Assembly (NCBI GenBank): GCA_964291265.2
Contig: OZ219747.1
Coordinates: 608,001-672,000, forward strand
From: Alphaproteobacteria bacterium
Lineage (GTDB): Bacteria; Pseudomonadota; Alphaproteobacteria; SP197
DNA: 64,000 bases
Direction of reading: 5' to 3'
Shown here: piece after piece, positions 30,263 to 39,247 of the stretch
Layout of the letters: each line of letters starts with the position of its first letter
Numbering within the stretch: the first letter of the stretch is position 1
Position numbers and translations under genes: made by a program
Notes under the pieces: generated by a model
What the model was told of the DNA's origin: nothing
Databases searched by the model: none
What the model saw: the letters and a program-made list of their open reading frames with translations, nothing else

Positions 30263-32055
30263 GAGGCGTCGTAACCGCGCGGCGTGTAGACGACCGTGCA
30301 CCCGCGGTGGCGGTAGCGCCTGGTCCGCGACGAACCGACGATGACGAGGCTCAGCATGTCGACGGCGCCGGCATCCAGGCAAGCCAGTGTCGTGTGCGCC
30401 AGCGAATGCCCCTCGCGCCCCAGCAATCGGCCGATGACCACCGGCGTGGCGGGATCGCGATACTCGAGCAGAATGTCGCGGGCGAGGCCGAGGAGAAGGC
30501 GCCGACGTCCGGACACCGGATTGTAGAAGGCGACCACGAAGTCACCCTCGGCGGCCGCGCGCACGCGGGCGAGCACGGTGTCACGCGGCGTCAGGAGGTC
30601 CGAGAGGGAGATGGCACAGAAATCGTGGCCGATGGGAGCCCCGGACTCCGCTGCCGCGAGCTGCACCGCGGAGATGCCGGGGATCACGCTGATCCCGACA
30701 CCGCGCCACCGGGTGGAACCGTCGACGAGTTCGTGCACTAGGCTTGCCATGGCGTAGATGCCCGGGTCGCCGGAACTGACCAGGACGACCTTCCTGCCGG
30801 CGGCGGCGAGATCGAGGGCATGCCGGCAGCGCTGCGTCTCCTCGCCGAGGCCGAAGGCATGGCGGGTCTTGGAACCCACCAGGGCTGCGATGAGTTCGAG
30901 GTAGGCGCCATAGCCCACCACGTCGCTCGCCTCACCGATGGCCCGGCTTGCCTGCAGGGTCCTCAGATGGTCCGCGCCCGGCCCGAGGCCGACGATCGCC
31001 AGATGGCCCGGCGGCGCACCGACCGCGTCGGCTTCAATGGCGTCCGGCGACCGTGCGACGGCGCAGGTGGCCCGGCGCGACCTGGTCTTTTCGATCACGA
31101 GAGCGCCGGCCTCGCCGGCCACCGCCAGGGCCGCGCCCTCCGCCACGCCGTGGCAGCCGGTGACGGCGTGGACAATGTCTGACGGATGGCGAAGGCGCGG
31201 CAATTCCTCCTCGAGACGTTCGGGAGGAAACACCACCAGGGGAACGTCCAGTCGTTCGGCCAGCGCCAGCATCGCCGGTTCATCGGACTTGAGATCCAGA
31301 CTGGCGACACAGGCGACGGCCTGCTGCGCCAGGCCCGCCGCCGCCAGGGTTTCGAGCACGAGCGAGGTCAGTTCCCCGGCATCGCAACCGCGCTCGCAGC
31401 CGGCGCCGACGGCAAGGACCGGGGGATGCATCACGAGGTCGGCCGACCTGTCCGCCCGGTCGGTCACACAGACCTCGAGATGTCCGTCGTCGCAAGCAAC
31501 GAGTCCCGTCTCGCCGAGCCAGGTTCCATCCCCCACCTCGACACTGAGGCGGACCGCCTCGCCGGCGGCGACAGCGGCCATCACCGGCGCCGTTCGGGAA
31601 GCGGCGGCAAGACGCCAACCACGCGGCATGTCGTCAAGAGCGCGCGCATGGCGCACGTCGCCCAGCGTGGTCGTCACCGCATGGCCGCCCGTCACGTCCG
31701 CGCAGTGGTGCGCCAGCCGGTTGGCGCCCCGATGACCACCGAGAAGCGGGATGATCGATGTTCCGTCCTCGGTCACGGCCAGCAGCGGAGGTTCGTTCAT
31801 CTTGTCGGCGACCAGGGGCGCCACCGCGCGGATCAGGATGCCCGTGGCGCAGACACCGATGACGGGCACGCCGGCAGCGAAGAGTCCCGCCACGTGGTCC
31901 ACTGTCGCCGTGAATGCGACATCGGCATTCCCCACCCGGTGCGCGAGACCGTGCACGCGGGCGCCGGGCAGGCTTCCGGCAATGCGTCTCGCCGTCGGCA
32001 TCCCCGAGGCGGCGAGACAGATCACCGCGGCCCCGGCTGGAAGGGTCATCGCCAT
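30259..32055 (-). CDS. cobJ: CbiG fused to precorrin-3B C17-methyltransferase (CobJ/CbiH)
   Basis: CbiG: ATGILIRAVAP, LLGGHRGAN, GAGCERG, GVAEGAAL; CobJ: VGLGPG, SSGDPGIYAMA, HDFCAISLSDLLTP, YTPRGY. Confidence 0.9.
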   Translation of the reverse strand: MAMTLPAGAAVICLAASGMPTARRIAGSLPGARVHGLAHRVGNADVAFTATVDHVAGLFAAGVPVIGVCATGILIRAVAPLVADKMNEPPLLAVTEDGTSIIPLLGGHRGANRLAHHCADVTGGHAVTTTLGDVRHARALDDMPRGWRLAAASRTAPVMAAVAAGEAVRLSVEVGDGTWLGETGLVACDDGHLEVCVTDRADRSADLVMHPPVLAVGAGCERGCDAGELTSLVLETLAAAGLAQQAVACVASLDLKSDEPAMLALAERLDVPLVVFPPERLEEELPRLRHPSDIVHAVTGCHGVAEGAALAVAGEAGALVIEKTRSRRATCAVARSPDAIEADAVGAPPGHLAIVGLGPGADHLRTLQASRAIGEASDVVGYGAYLELIAALVGSKTRHAFGLGEETQRCRHALDLAAAGRKVVLVSSGDPGIYAMASLVHELVDGSTRWRGVGISVIPGISAVQLAAAESGAPIGHDFCAISLSDLLTPRDTVLARVRAAAEGDFVVAFYNPVSGRRRLLLGLARDILLEYRDPATPVVIGRLLGREGHSLAHTTLACLDAGAVDMLSLVIVGSSRTRRYRHRGCTVVYTPRGYDAS

Positions 32056-32753
32056 GCCTCGCCGCGGCGATGAACGAGAATCATCGAAAAATAGGGACCG
32101 GTGGTGTCGGTGACGTCTGCCAGGGGCATCACGACCTGGCGTCCCATGGTGGCATGGGCCACATACCAGGCATGCTCGAGCAGGCCCGCCGCCTCGAGGA
32201 CGCGTCTGATCCTGTCCAGATGGCGCCCCACCTTGATGATGGCGACGGAATCGGCAAGGGCGAGGCGTTCCGTCATCGCGGCCTCGGCGAGGGTGCCCGG
32301 ACAGACCAGCAGCGCATCGTTGCGCGCCGCCAGCGGCACGCCGGCGGCCGCCGGACAGGCCATGAGGGAGGAAACGCCGGGCACCACCTCGACCTTGTAG
32401 CGGTCTGCCACACGAGCAAAGAGATACATGAAGCTCCCGTAGAAGAACGGATCGCCCTCACAGATGGCGGCGACATCCCGGCCGGCGTCAAGATGGCGGC
32501 TGATGGCGTCGACGGCACGGATGTAGACCTCCTCGGCCGGAAAGCGGTTGGCGTCGAGTGGCATGCGGATGGCAATCTCCTCCTGGTCGCCGCGCAGCCA
32601 CGGGGCGATGATCGAGCGGGCCAGACTCTCGCCCGACTGCGGGGCAGGCCAGGCGATGACGGGAACTTCGCCGAGAACCCGGTGCGCCTTCAGGGTCACG
32701 AGTTCCGGGTCGCCCGGGCCCACGCCAAGGCCGTAGAGCACTCCCGCAGTCAT
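32046..32753 (-). CDS. cobI: Precorrin-2 C20-methyltransferase (CobI/CbiL)
   Basis: LYGLGVGPGDPELVTLKA, CEGDPFFYGS, PYFSMIL. Confidence 0.93.
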   Translation of the reverse strand: MTAGVLYGLGVGPGDPELVTLKAHRVLGEVPVIAWPAPQSGESLARSIIAPWLRGDQEEIAIRMPLDANRFPAEEVYIRAVDAISRHLDAGRDVAAICEGDPFFYGSFMYLFARVADRYKVEVVPGVSSLMACPAAAGVPLAARNDALLVCPGTLAEAAMTERLALADSVAIIKVGRHLDRIRRVLEAAGLLEHAWYVAHATMGRQVVMPLADVTDTTGPYFSMILVHRRGEAWR

Positions 32754-33952
32754 GGCTTGATGACGCGCCATTGCGTCACCGGCATCGCCGGCTTCCAGCC
32801 GGAGAATCCGCCCACCGGGGCGACGTGCGAGACCGCGATCCGCACCAGGTCGCCCCCAAGGTCCCGGTGGAGGCTTGCCAGCACCTGTTCGCTCTCCACG
32901 GTCACGGCGTTGGCGACCATGCGCCCTCCCCCGGGCAGCGCATCCCAGCAGGGCCCGGCAATGGCGCCGGCAGCAAGGCCGCCGCCAATGAACACCGCAT
33001 CGGGCGTCTCGCACTTCTCCAGGGCTTCGGGCGCGGTGCCGGTGACGATGTCGATCCCGGGAACACCCAGGGCCGCGGCGTTCTCGGCAATGAGGGCCGA
33101 GCGCGCCGGATCGCGCTCGATGGCAATCGCCGTGGCCTGCCCGGCTGCCCGCATCCACTCGATGGCGATGGAACCACAACCTGCGCCGACATCCCACAGA
33201 CGCTGTCCACCAAGTGGCATGAGCGCTGCCAGGGTCGTTGCCCTCACTTCGCGGCGGGTGAGCTGGCCGTCGTTGCGGAAGGCACTGTCGGGAAGACCCG
33301 GTGTAGAGGGCAGCGGCACCACACCGGTATCGGCCTTCGCATCGATCGCCACGGTGTTGAGATCGTCCGCCCGGCAATCGACCAGTGTCTTCGCCATGCC
33401 GCTCAGTACACGCTCCCTGGCGGCGCCCATGTGACACAGCACATGGACCTCGCTTGCGCCGTAACCGGCCTCGCAGAGCAGGCGGCAGAGGGTTGGTGGC
33501 GTTGTCGCGTCGTGGGAGAGGACCAGAATCTTCTGACCGGGCGCGAGGTGGGCGCGTACGAGTTCCGGCGGTCTGCCGTGCACCGTGAGCTGGACAGTCG
33601 TGGCAAGCGGCCAGGCAAGACGGGCACAGGCAAGGGAAAAGGCCGATGGCGCCGGCAGCACCACGAGAGCCTCCCTGCCGAAGCGGCGCGCCAGCGTGAC
33701 TCCGATGCCGTAGTGCATCGGATCTCCAGTCGCCAGGACACAGACCCGGCGTCCCTCGTGGGCGGCAATCGCCTCCACCGTCCGCGACAGAGGCGACTCC
33801 CAGGCCAGTGCAGGCCGGTTGCCCGCATCGACCATGGCGAGGTGGCGGCGGCCGCCCACCAGCACCTCGGCGTCCGCAATCAGTGCCCGCGCGGACACGG
33901 CGAGACCATCAGGGCCGTCCTCGCCGAGGCCGACAACCACAAGCCAGGGCAT
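32750..33952 (-). CDS. cobL: Precorrin-6Y C5,15-methyltransferase (CobL, CbiE+CbiT)
   Basis: VVGLGEDG, ATGDPMHYGIG, GQLTRREVR, WDVGAGCGSIAIEW, PDAVFIGGG. Confidence 0.93.
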   Translation of the reverse strand: MPWLVVVGLGEDGPDGLAVSARALIADAEVLVGGRRHLAMVDAGNRPALAWESPLSRTVEAIAAHEGRRVCVLATGDPMHYGIGVTLARRFGREALVVLPAPSAFSLACARLAWPLATTVQLTVHGRPPELVRAHLAPGQKILVLSHDATTPPTLCRLLCEAGYGASEVHVLCHMGAARERVLSGMAKTLVDCRADDLNTVAIDAKADTGVVPLPSTPGLPDSAFRNDGQLTRREVRATTLAALMPLGGQRLWDVGAGCGSIAIEWMRAAGQATAIAIERDPARSALIAENAAALGVPGIDIVTGTAPEALEKCETPDAVFIGGGLAAGAIAGPCWDALPGGGRMVANAVTVESEQVLASLHRDLGGDLVRIAVSHVAPVGGFSGWKPAMPVTQWRVIKP

Positions 33953-33955
33953 CGC

Positions 33956-34573
33956 CTAGAGGGTTCCGTTGAGCGCGTTCACCGCCGCCGCCGCCATGGC
34001 GCTGCCGCCACGGCGGCCGTGAACGGTGATGTAGTCGAGACCGCTTTCCGCCAGGGCACGCTTCGCCTCCACCGCCCCGACGAAACCGACAGGCATGCCG
34101 ATGATCAGGGCCGGGCGGACATCCGGCGCCTTTTCGAGAACCCGATAGAGTGCGGTGGGCGCATTGCCGACAGCCACCACGGCGCCCTTGAGCATGCCGC
34201 CCCAAAGATCCGCTGCCGCCCATGACCGCGTGGTGGCGGAGCGCTTCGCATGATGCCGAACCCGGGAGGTATGGACCGTGCAAACGATCCGGTTCCGCGC
34301 CGGCAGCAGCCGGGTGATGATTCCCCTTGCCGTCATGTCAACGTCGCAGAGCACCGGCGCGCCGTCGGCAAGGGCACGGCAGCCGGCGGCGACCGCGCCG
34401 GTCGAAGCATCAAGATCCTTCACCACGTCGGTCATGCCGCAACTGTGGACGAGTCTCACCGCCACCTCGCGCAAGGCCTCCGGAACCGCCGACAACCCGG
34501 TCTCGGCCTCGATGATGGATCGTGACCGGGCGTAGATCAGGGTCCCGTCGTTGAGGTAGCTGTAGGCGTTCAC
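33956..34573 (-). CDS. cobH: Precorrin-8X methylmutase (CobH/CbiC)
   Basis: RLVHSCG, VGNAPTAL, GMPVGFVGAVEAK, GRRGGSAMAAAAVNAL. Confidence 0.94.
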   Translation of the reverse strand: MNAYSYLNDGTLIYARSRSIIEAETGLSAVPEALREVAVRLVHSCGMTDVVKDLDASTGAVAAGCRALADGAPVLCDVDMTARGIITRLLPARNRIVCTVHTSRVRHHAKRSATTRSWAAADLWGGMLKGAVVAVGNAPTALYRVLEKAPDVRPALIIGMPVGFVGAVEAKRALAESGLDYITVHGRRGGSAMAAAAVNALNGTL

Positions 34574-35373
34574 GAACGCTCCCGGCCGTCATGGGACGAC
34601 AGATCGACGATTTCCGGCGCCTCGCCGCACAGCGCGCAGCCGGGGTCGCGCTCGTATGCCACCCTGTGAAAGGAGGCTGCCAGGGCGTCGTAGATCAGCA
34701 GGGTACCGGTGAGGCGGTCGCCGAGATCGAGCAGTTCCTTGATGGCCTCGGCGGCCTGCAGCGTTCCCATGACGCCGGCGATGGCGCCCAGAATTCCGGC
34801 CTCGGAGCAAGACGGCACGAGACCGGCTGGCGGCGCTTCGGGAAACAGGCACCGGTAGCACGGTCCATCGGCGGGAAACGTCGTCAACTGGCCGTCAAAA
34901 CGCATCATGGCGGCGCTCACCAGAGGCTTTGCCGCCAGATGACAGGCATCGTTGACGAGGTAGCGCGTCTCGAAATTGTCCGAGCCATCACACACCAGAT
35001 CGTAGTCAGCGAGAATGCCCAGGGCATTGCAGTGATCGAGACGTTCCGTGTGGCAGCGAACCTCGACGCCGGGATTGATGGCGGCGATGGCGCCGCGTGC
35101 GCTCTCGGTCTTCCATTCGCCGATCCGCGGAGTCGTGTGAATGACCTGGCGCTGCAGGTTCGAGAGTTCGACCCGGTCGTCGTCGATCACGCCCAGGGTG
35201 CCGACACCGGCGGCCGCCAGGTACATGAGAAGCGGCGCTCCGAGACCACCCGCTCCGACAACGAGCACCCGCGAGTTCAGCAGCCTGATCTGCCCGGTGC
35301 CGCCGACCTCGGGCATGACGATGTGCCGGGCATAGCGGTGAAGCTGCTCTTCGGTGAAGTCGGAGAGCTCCAT
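34570..35373 (-). CDS. moeB: MoeB/ThiF family adenylyltransferase
   Basis: RYARHI, VGAGGLG, SNLQRQ, DGSDNF, CYRC, C..CG. Confidence 0.9.
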   Translation of the reverse strand: MELSDFTEEQLHRYARHIVMPEVGGTGQIRLLNSRVLVVGAGGLGAPLLMYLAAAGVGTLGVIDDDRVELSNLQRQVIHTTPRIGEWKTESARGAIAAINPGVEVRCHTERLDHCNALGILADYDLVCDGSDNFETRYLVNDACHLAAKPLVSAAMMRFDGQLTTFPADGPCYRCLFPEAPPAGLVPSCSEAGILGAIAGVMGTLQAAEAIKELLDLGDRLTGTLLIYDALAASFHRVAYERDPGCALCGEAPEIVDLSSHDGRERS

Positions 35374-35477
35374 GGGTCAGGACGAGGACACACCGGATGC
35401 GAACGGCACCGTCATGGGTCGCAACGGTCGTCGTCGGAGGCGTCGGCGCGAAATTGGCCTCAGGGGGGCGAGCGCCG

Positions 35478-36683
35478 TCATGGGTTGAAGTAATCCGCCA
35501 TTCTGCCCGCCAGCCGCCGGGCGACCTCCACCTTGGCCATACGGGGCCATGCCTCCGCGCCCTCCGGGCTCACCAGGTGGATGAGGTTGTCGTCACCGCC
35601 GAAGGTGTCCGTTCCCGGGCTGACATCGTTGGCCACCATCCAGTCACACTTCTTGGCGGTACGTTTTCTGGTCGCTTCACCAAGCACGTCACCGGTCTCG
35701 GCGGCGAAGCCGACAACAAGGCCTGGCCGGCTGTTTCCAGGGGCGGCGAGAGTGGCAAGGATGTCGGGATTCTCGACAAGTTCGAGAACCGGCGCTCCTC
35801 CGGAAGCCTTCTTCCACTTCGACGGCCGGGGTTCCGCCACCCGCCAGTCGGCGACGGCGGCAGCGCACACCGCGGCGTCGGCAGGCAGGGCGTCCAGACA
35901 GGCATGGAGCATGTCGCAGGCCGTCTCGACGTGGACAACGTCAGCTCCCGGGGGATCAGCAAGAGTCACGGGGCCCGACACCAGGGTCACTCTGGCGCCA
36001 AGGTCGACACAGGCTGTTGCCAGCGCATGTCCCTGCTTGCCGGAACTGCGGTTGCCGACATATCGCACCGGATCGACCGGTTCACGCGTCGGGCCGCTTG
36101 TGACGAGGACATGGCGACCACTGAGCGGCCGGGCGCCGTCTTGCCCAAGGAGAACGGTGATGGCGTCGACGATGGCATTCGGTTCGCTCATGCGGCCCGG
36201 TCCGGTTTCGCCACAGGCGAGATCGCCCGCTTCCGGTCCCACCATGGCGACTCCGTCGGCGGCGAGCCGGGCGACGTTGCGGCGCACGGCGGGATTCTCC
36301 CACATCCGGGCGTTCATGGACGGAGCGGCGAGAACCGGCTTGTCGCTGGCAAGCAGAACAGCCGTCGCCAGATCGTCCGCCAGGCCGCCTGCCATGCGGC
36401 CCATGATATCGGCCGTTGCCGGCGCCACCACGACGAGATCCGCTTCCCGAGACAGGCGAATGTGGTCCATTCCGGTGTCACCGGTCGGCGTGAAGAGATC
36501 CTGGAAGACCGGCTCACCGGAGAGCGACACCACGGCAAGGGGTGTGACGAACTCGAGGGCGGCCGGAGTGAGCACACACCGCACGCGGACCCCTTCCGCC
36601 CGCAACCGGCGGATGAGATCCAGGGACTTGCAGGCGGCGACACCGCCCGAGATGACGAGAAGGACACTTCTTCCGTTGAGCAT
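35478..36683 (-). CDS. coaBC: Phosphopantothenoylcysteine decarboxylase/ligase
   Basis: APATAD, APSMN..MW, LACGETGPGRM, TSGPTREPVDPVRYVGNRSSGKQG, GFAAET. Confidence 0.95.
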   Translation of the reverse strand: MLNGRSVLLVISGGVAACKSLDLIRRLRAEGVRVRCVLTPAALEFVTPLAVVSLSGEPVFQDLFTPTGDTGMDHIRLSREADLVVVAPATADIMGRMAGGLADDLATAVLLASDKPVLAAPSMNARMWENPAVRRNVARLAADGVAMVGPEAGDLACGETGPGRMSEPNAIVDAITVLLGQDGARPLSGRHVLVTSGPTREPVDPVRYVGNRSSGKQGHALATACVDLGARVTLVSGPVTLADPPGADVVHVETACDMLHACLDALPADAAVCAAAVADWRVAEPRPSKWKKASGGAPVLELVENPDILATLAAPGNSRPGLVVGFAAETGDVLGEATRKRTAKKCDWMVANDVSPGTDTFGGDDNLIHLVSPEGAEAWPRMAKVEVARRLAGRMADYFNP

Positions 36684-36756
36684 CGTCGACATTCTCCTGC
36701 CCGGCGCCACTATACGCCTGTTGTCATGTCCTGGAGAACTGTCTTCGGCACGGCCA

Positions 36757-37509
36757 TCACAGGCGCCAGGCCGTTGTCAATGCAGCGATTCCGCCGGACA
36801 GGTTGCGCGTCGCCACGTGACTGAAACCGGCCTCGCGGACCATGGCGGCAAAGCGTTGCTGGTCGGGAAAGCGGGCGATGCTCTCCACAAGATACCGGTA
36901 GGATCCGGCGCTGCCGGCAACGAGGGCGCCGAGACGCGGTATCACGATCCGCGAGGCACGGCGGTAGAGGCCGGTAACGGGTCGCGCCGGACGACCGAAT
37001 TCGAGGCACAGGAACCGGCCCCCGGGCTTGAGGACCCGAAAGGCCTCGGCCAGAGCCCGGTCGATGTGCGTGACATTGCGGATGCCGAAGGCATTGGTGC
37101 AACCGTTAACCGAACGGTCCCCATAGGGCAGTGCCTCGGCGCGACCGCACACGAAGGCCAGCGAACCGGCGGGAACTCCGGCCGGGCGGCGCGACCGCGA
37201 GACGTCGATCATGGCCCTGTTGATGTCGACAACATCCACCCGGAAGCCGCGGCGTGCCAGGGCGAAGGCGATATCGCCGGTTCCGCCGGCGACATCGATG
37301 ACGTGGCCGCGGGAGAGATCGCGGGCCAGCAATGTCACCATCTCGCGTTTCCACAGGCGATGGACCCCTGCGGACATGAGATCGTTCATCAGGTCATAGG
37401 AGGCCGCCACCTCGTCGAAGACGGCGCCGACCATGGTCTCCTTGCGGTCTTCACCGACATGCTCCTCGCCGAAACGTCCGGCATGGTCGCGATAGTCATT
37501 CGTGGTCAT
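36757..37509 (-). CDS. ubiE: UbiE/MenG C-methyltransferase
   Basis: YDLMNDLMSAGVHRLWK, DVAGGTGDIA, FGIRNVT, RVLKPGG, YLVESIARFP. Confidence 0.93.
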   Translation of the reverse strand: MTTNDYRDHAGRFGEEHVGEDRKETMVGAVFDEVAASYDLMNDLMSAGVHRLWKREMVTLLARDLSRGHVIDVAGGTGDIAFALARRGFRVDVVDINRAMIDVSRSRRPAGVPAGSLAFVCGRAEALPYGDRSVNGCTNAFGIRNVTHIDRALAEAFRVLKPGGRFLCLEFGRPARPVTGLYRRASRIVIPRLGALVAGSAGSYRYLVESIARFPDQQRFAAMVREAGFSHVATRNLSGGIAALTTAWRL

Positions 37510-37647
37510 GTTCCCTTCTAGCACAGCTTGGCGTTGTCCGATCCGCAGAGAGGCCGCCGGTCTACTCGGACTTCTCCTCGGCGCCGGTCCATTGTGCGCC
37601 TGTCATGAAGTTGTCACAGTGACCTGATACAGAGATCGGCCATTTCC

Positions 37648-38478
37648 ATGCCGGAACTTCCCGAAGTCGAAACTGTCCGCCTGGGTCTCGAGTCCGTTCT
37701 CCGCGGCCAGCGCATCGCCCGTGTCGAGGTGCGCCGCCCGGATCTCAGGATCCCTTTTCCTCCCGACTTTGCCAATCGCCTTGCAGGACGCCTGGTGACG
37801 GGATTGCGACGCCGGGCGAAGTATCTCCTGGTCGACCTCGACGACGGAGAGGTGGTGATCTGTCATCTCGGCATGTCGGGACACTTTCTCGTGCGACCGT
37901 GCGCCGGCTCTTCTTGCGGACCCCACGACCATGTGGTGATCACGCTCGAGGACGGCAGCGAGGTCGTCTTCAACGACCGGCGCCGCTTCGGCCTGATGAC
38001 CCTCGCAGCCGGAACCGCCGAGGCCGACCATCCACTGCTTCGCCGCCTGGCTCCCGACCCCCTCGACACTTCATTCACATCAGGCTCCTTGCTCGCCCGT
38101 CTCGCCGGACGCCGGTCGCCGGTCAAGGTAGCGCTTCTCAACCAGGAGATTGTCGGGGGTGTCGGCAACATCTATGCCTCGGAGGCCCTCCACCAGGCGC
38201 GCATCTCGCCTCGCCGTCTGGCAGCCCATGTCGGCCGCAGCCGGGCGGCGGCACTCGCCGGCGCACTCGGCAATGTCCTTCACCGGGCCATCGCCGCCGG
38301 GGGCGCATCACTCAGGGATCATGTCCAGACGTCGGGTGAGCCCGGCTACTTTCAGCACGACTTCCGCGTCTATGGCCGTGAGAACGCTCCCTGTGCGAAT
38401 GCAGGGTGCAGCGGCACCATCCGGCGGATCGTCCAATCGGGGCGGTCGACATATCTCTGCGGTCGCTGCCAGCGCTGA
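37648..38478 (+). CDS. mutM: Formamidopyrimidine-DNA glycosylase
   Basis: MPELPEVET, HLGMSG, GVGNIYASE, C-terminal zinc finger. Confidence 0.97.
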   Translation: MPELPEVETVRLGLESVLRGQRIARVEVRRPDLRIPFPPDFANRLAGRLVTGLRRRAKYLLVDLDDGEVVICHLGMSGHFLVRPCAGSSCGPHDHVVITLEDGSEVVFNDRRRFGLMTLAAGTAEADHPLLRRLAPDPLDTSFTSGSLLARLAGRRSPVKVALLNQEIVGGVGNIYASEALHQARISPRRLAAHVGRSRAAALAGALGNVLHRAIAAGGASLRDHVQTSGEPGYFQHDFRVYGRENAPCANAGCSGTIRRIVQSGRSTYLCGRCQR

Positions 38479-38572
38479 ACCGAACCCGAATCGAGCGATT
38501 CGCAAAGGCTTTGGTTTCGCAATTGCCTGTCGACCACGATGCGAGAGGCCGTGACTCCGCAGATTTCCTGAA

Positions 38573-38601
38573 TTGACGGCCTCTGCGGGCACGGGTATAA
38601 G
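38573..38601 (+). promoter_or_regulatory. Sigma70-type promoter of rpsT
   Basis: TTGACG-N17-TATAAG about 28 nt before the ATG. Confidence 0.75.
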
Positions 38602-38629
38602 CCGCCTTCCCGTGATTGGAAGAAGCGAC

Positions 38630-38890
38630 ATGGCCAACAGCCTTCAGGCCCGCAAGAGAGTACGCCAGACAGCCCGCAAAACTGCGGTAAACCGCCAGCG
38701 GATGAGCCGCATGCGCACCTTCGTGGTCAAGGTCGAGACGGCGATTGCGGCCGGCGAGAAGGACGCAGCGGCCACCATGCTGCGGCAGGCCGAATCCGAG
38801 TTGGCGCGAGGGGCCAGGCGCGGAGTTATGCATCGCAATGCAGCGTCACGGAAGGTTTCGCGACTCTCCAGGCGTATCGCGAAGATGTAG
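38630..38890 (+). CDS. rpsT: 30S ribosomal protein S20
   Basis: MANSLQARKRVRQ..SRMRTFV..GVMHRNAASRKVSRL. Confidence 0.96.
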   Translation: MANSLQARKRVRQTARKTAVNRQRMSRMRTFVVKVETAIAAGEKDAAATMLRQAESELARGARRGVMHRNAASRKVSRLSRRIAKM

Positions 38891-39247
38891 TGACCGGCAG
38901 CGGCGTGCTGCCCCATCTAGCGTGACCGGCTCCCCTTTCCGCCGCGGCGGGAAAGTTTCCTTTCCCCGATCCATACAGCGAACGTCAACAATCCCTCCCT
39001 GCCTTGCAGGCCGAGCGGCGCTTGCGTCGTGTTGTTTTCGGGCTAGGCCCTCTCTAGTTTGAAACACGGATCGCGAGCCGACCGTCTGTGTGAGAGGACG
39101 AGGCGAAGCACGGCAAACCAGAACAACCGGAAGCGAGTTTCGGGGAGAAGCGGGGGGCATTGAATCGATGGTCGTTACAATTTCGAGATCATTAACAATG
39201 AGTTGCATGCGTGCGGGTGTGCATGGTTCAACTGGGAGGACGGGTTG

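Noticed and set aside
38891-39247. oriC beside dnaA
   Set aside because: No TTATCCACA-type box cluster or AT-rich unwinding tract seen; alphaproteobacterial origins are often elsewhere
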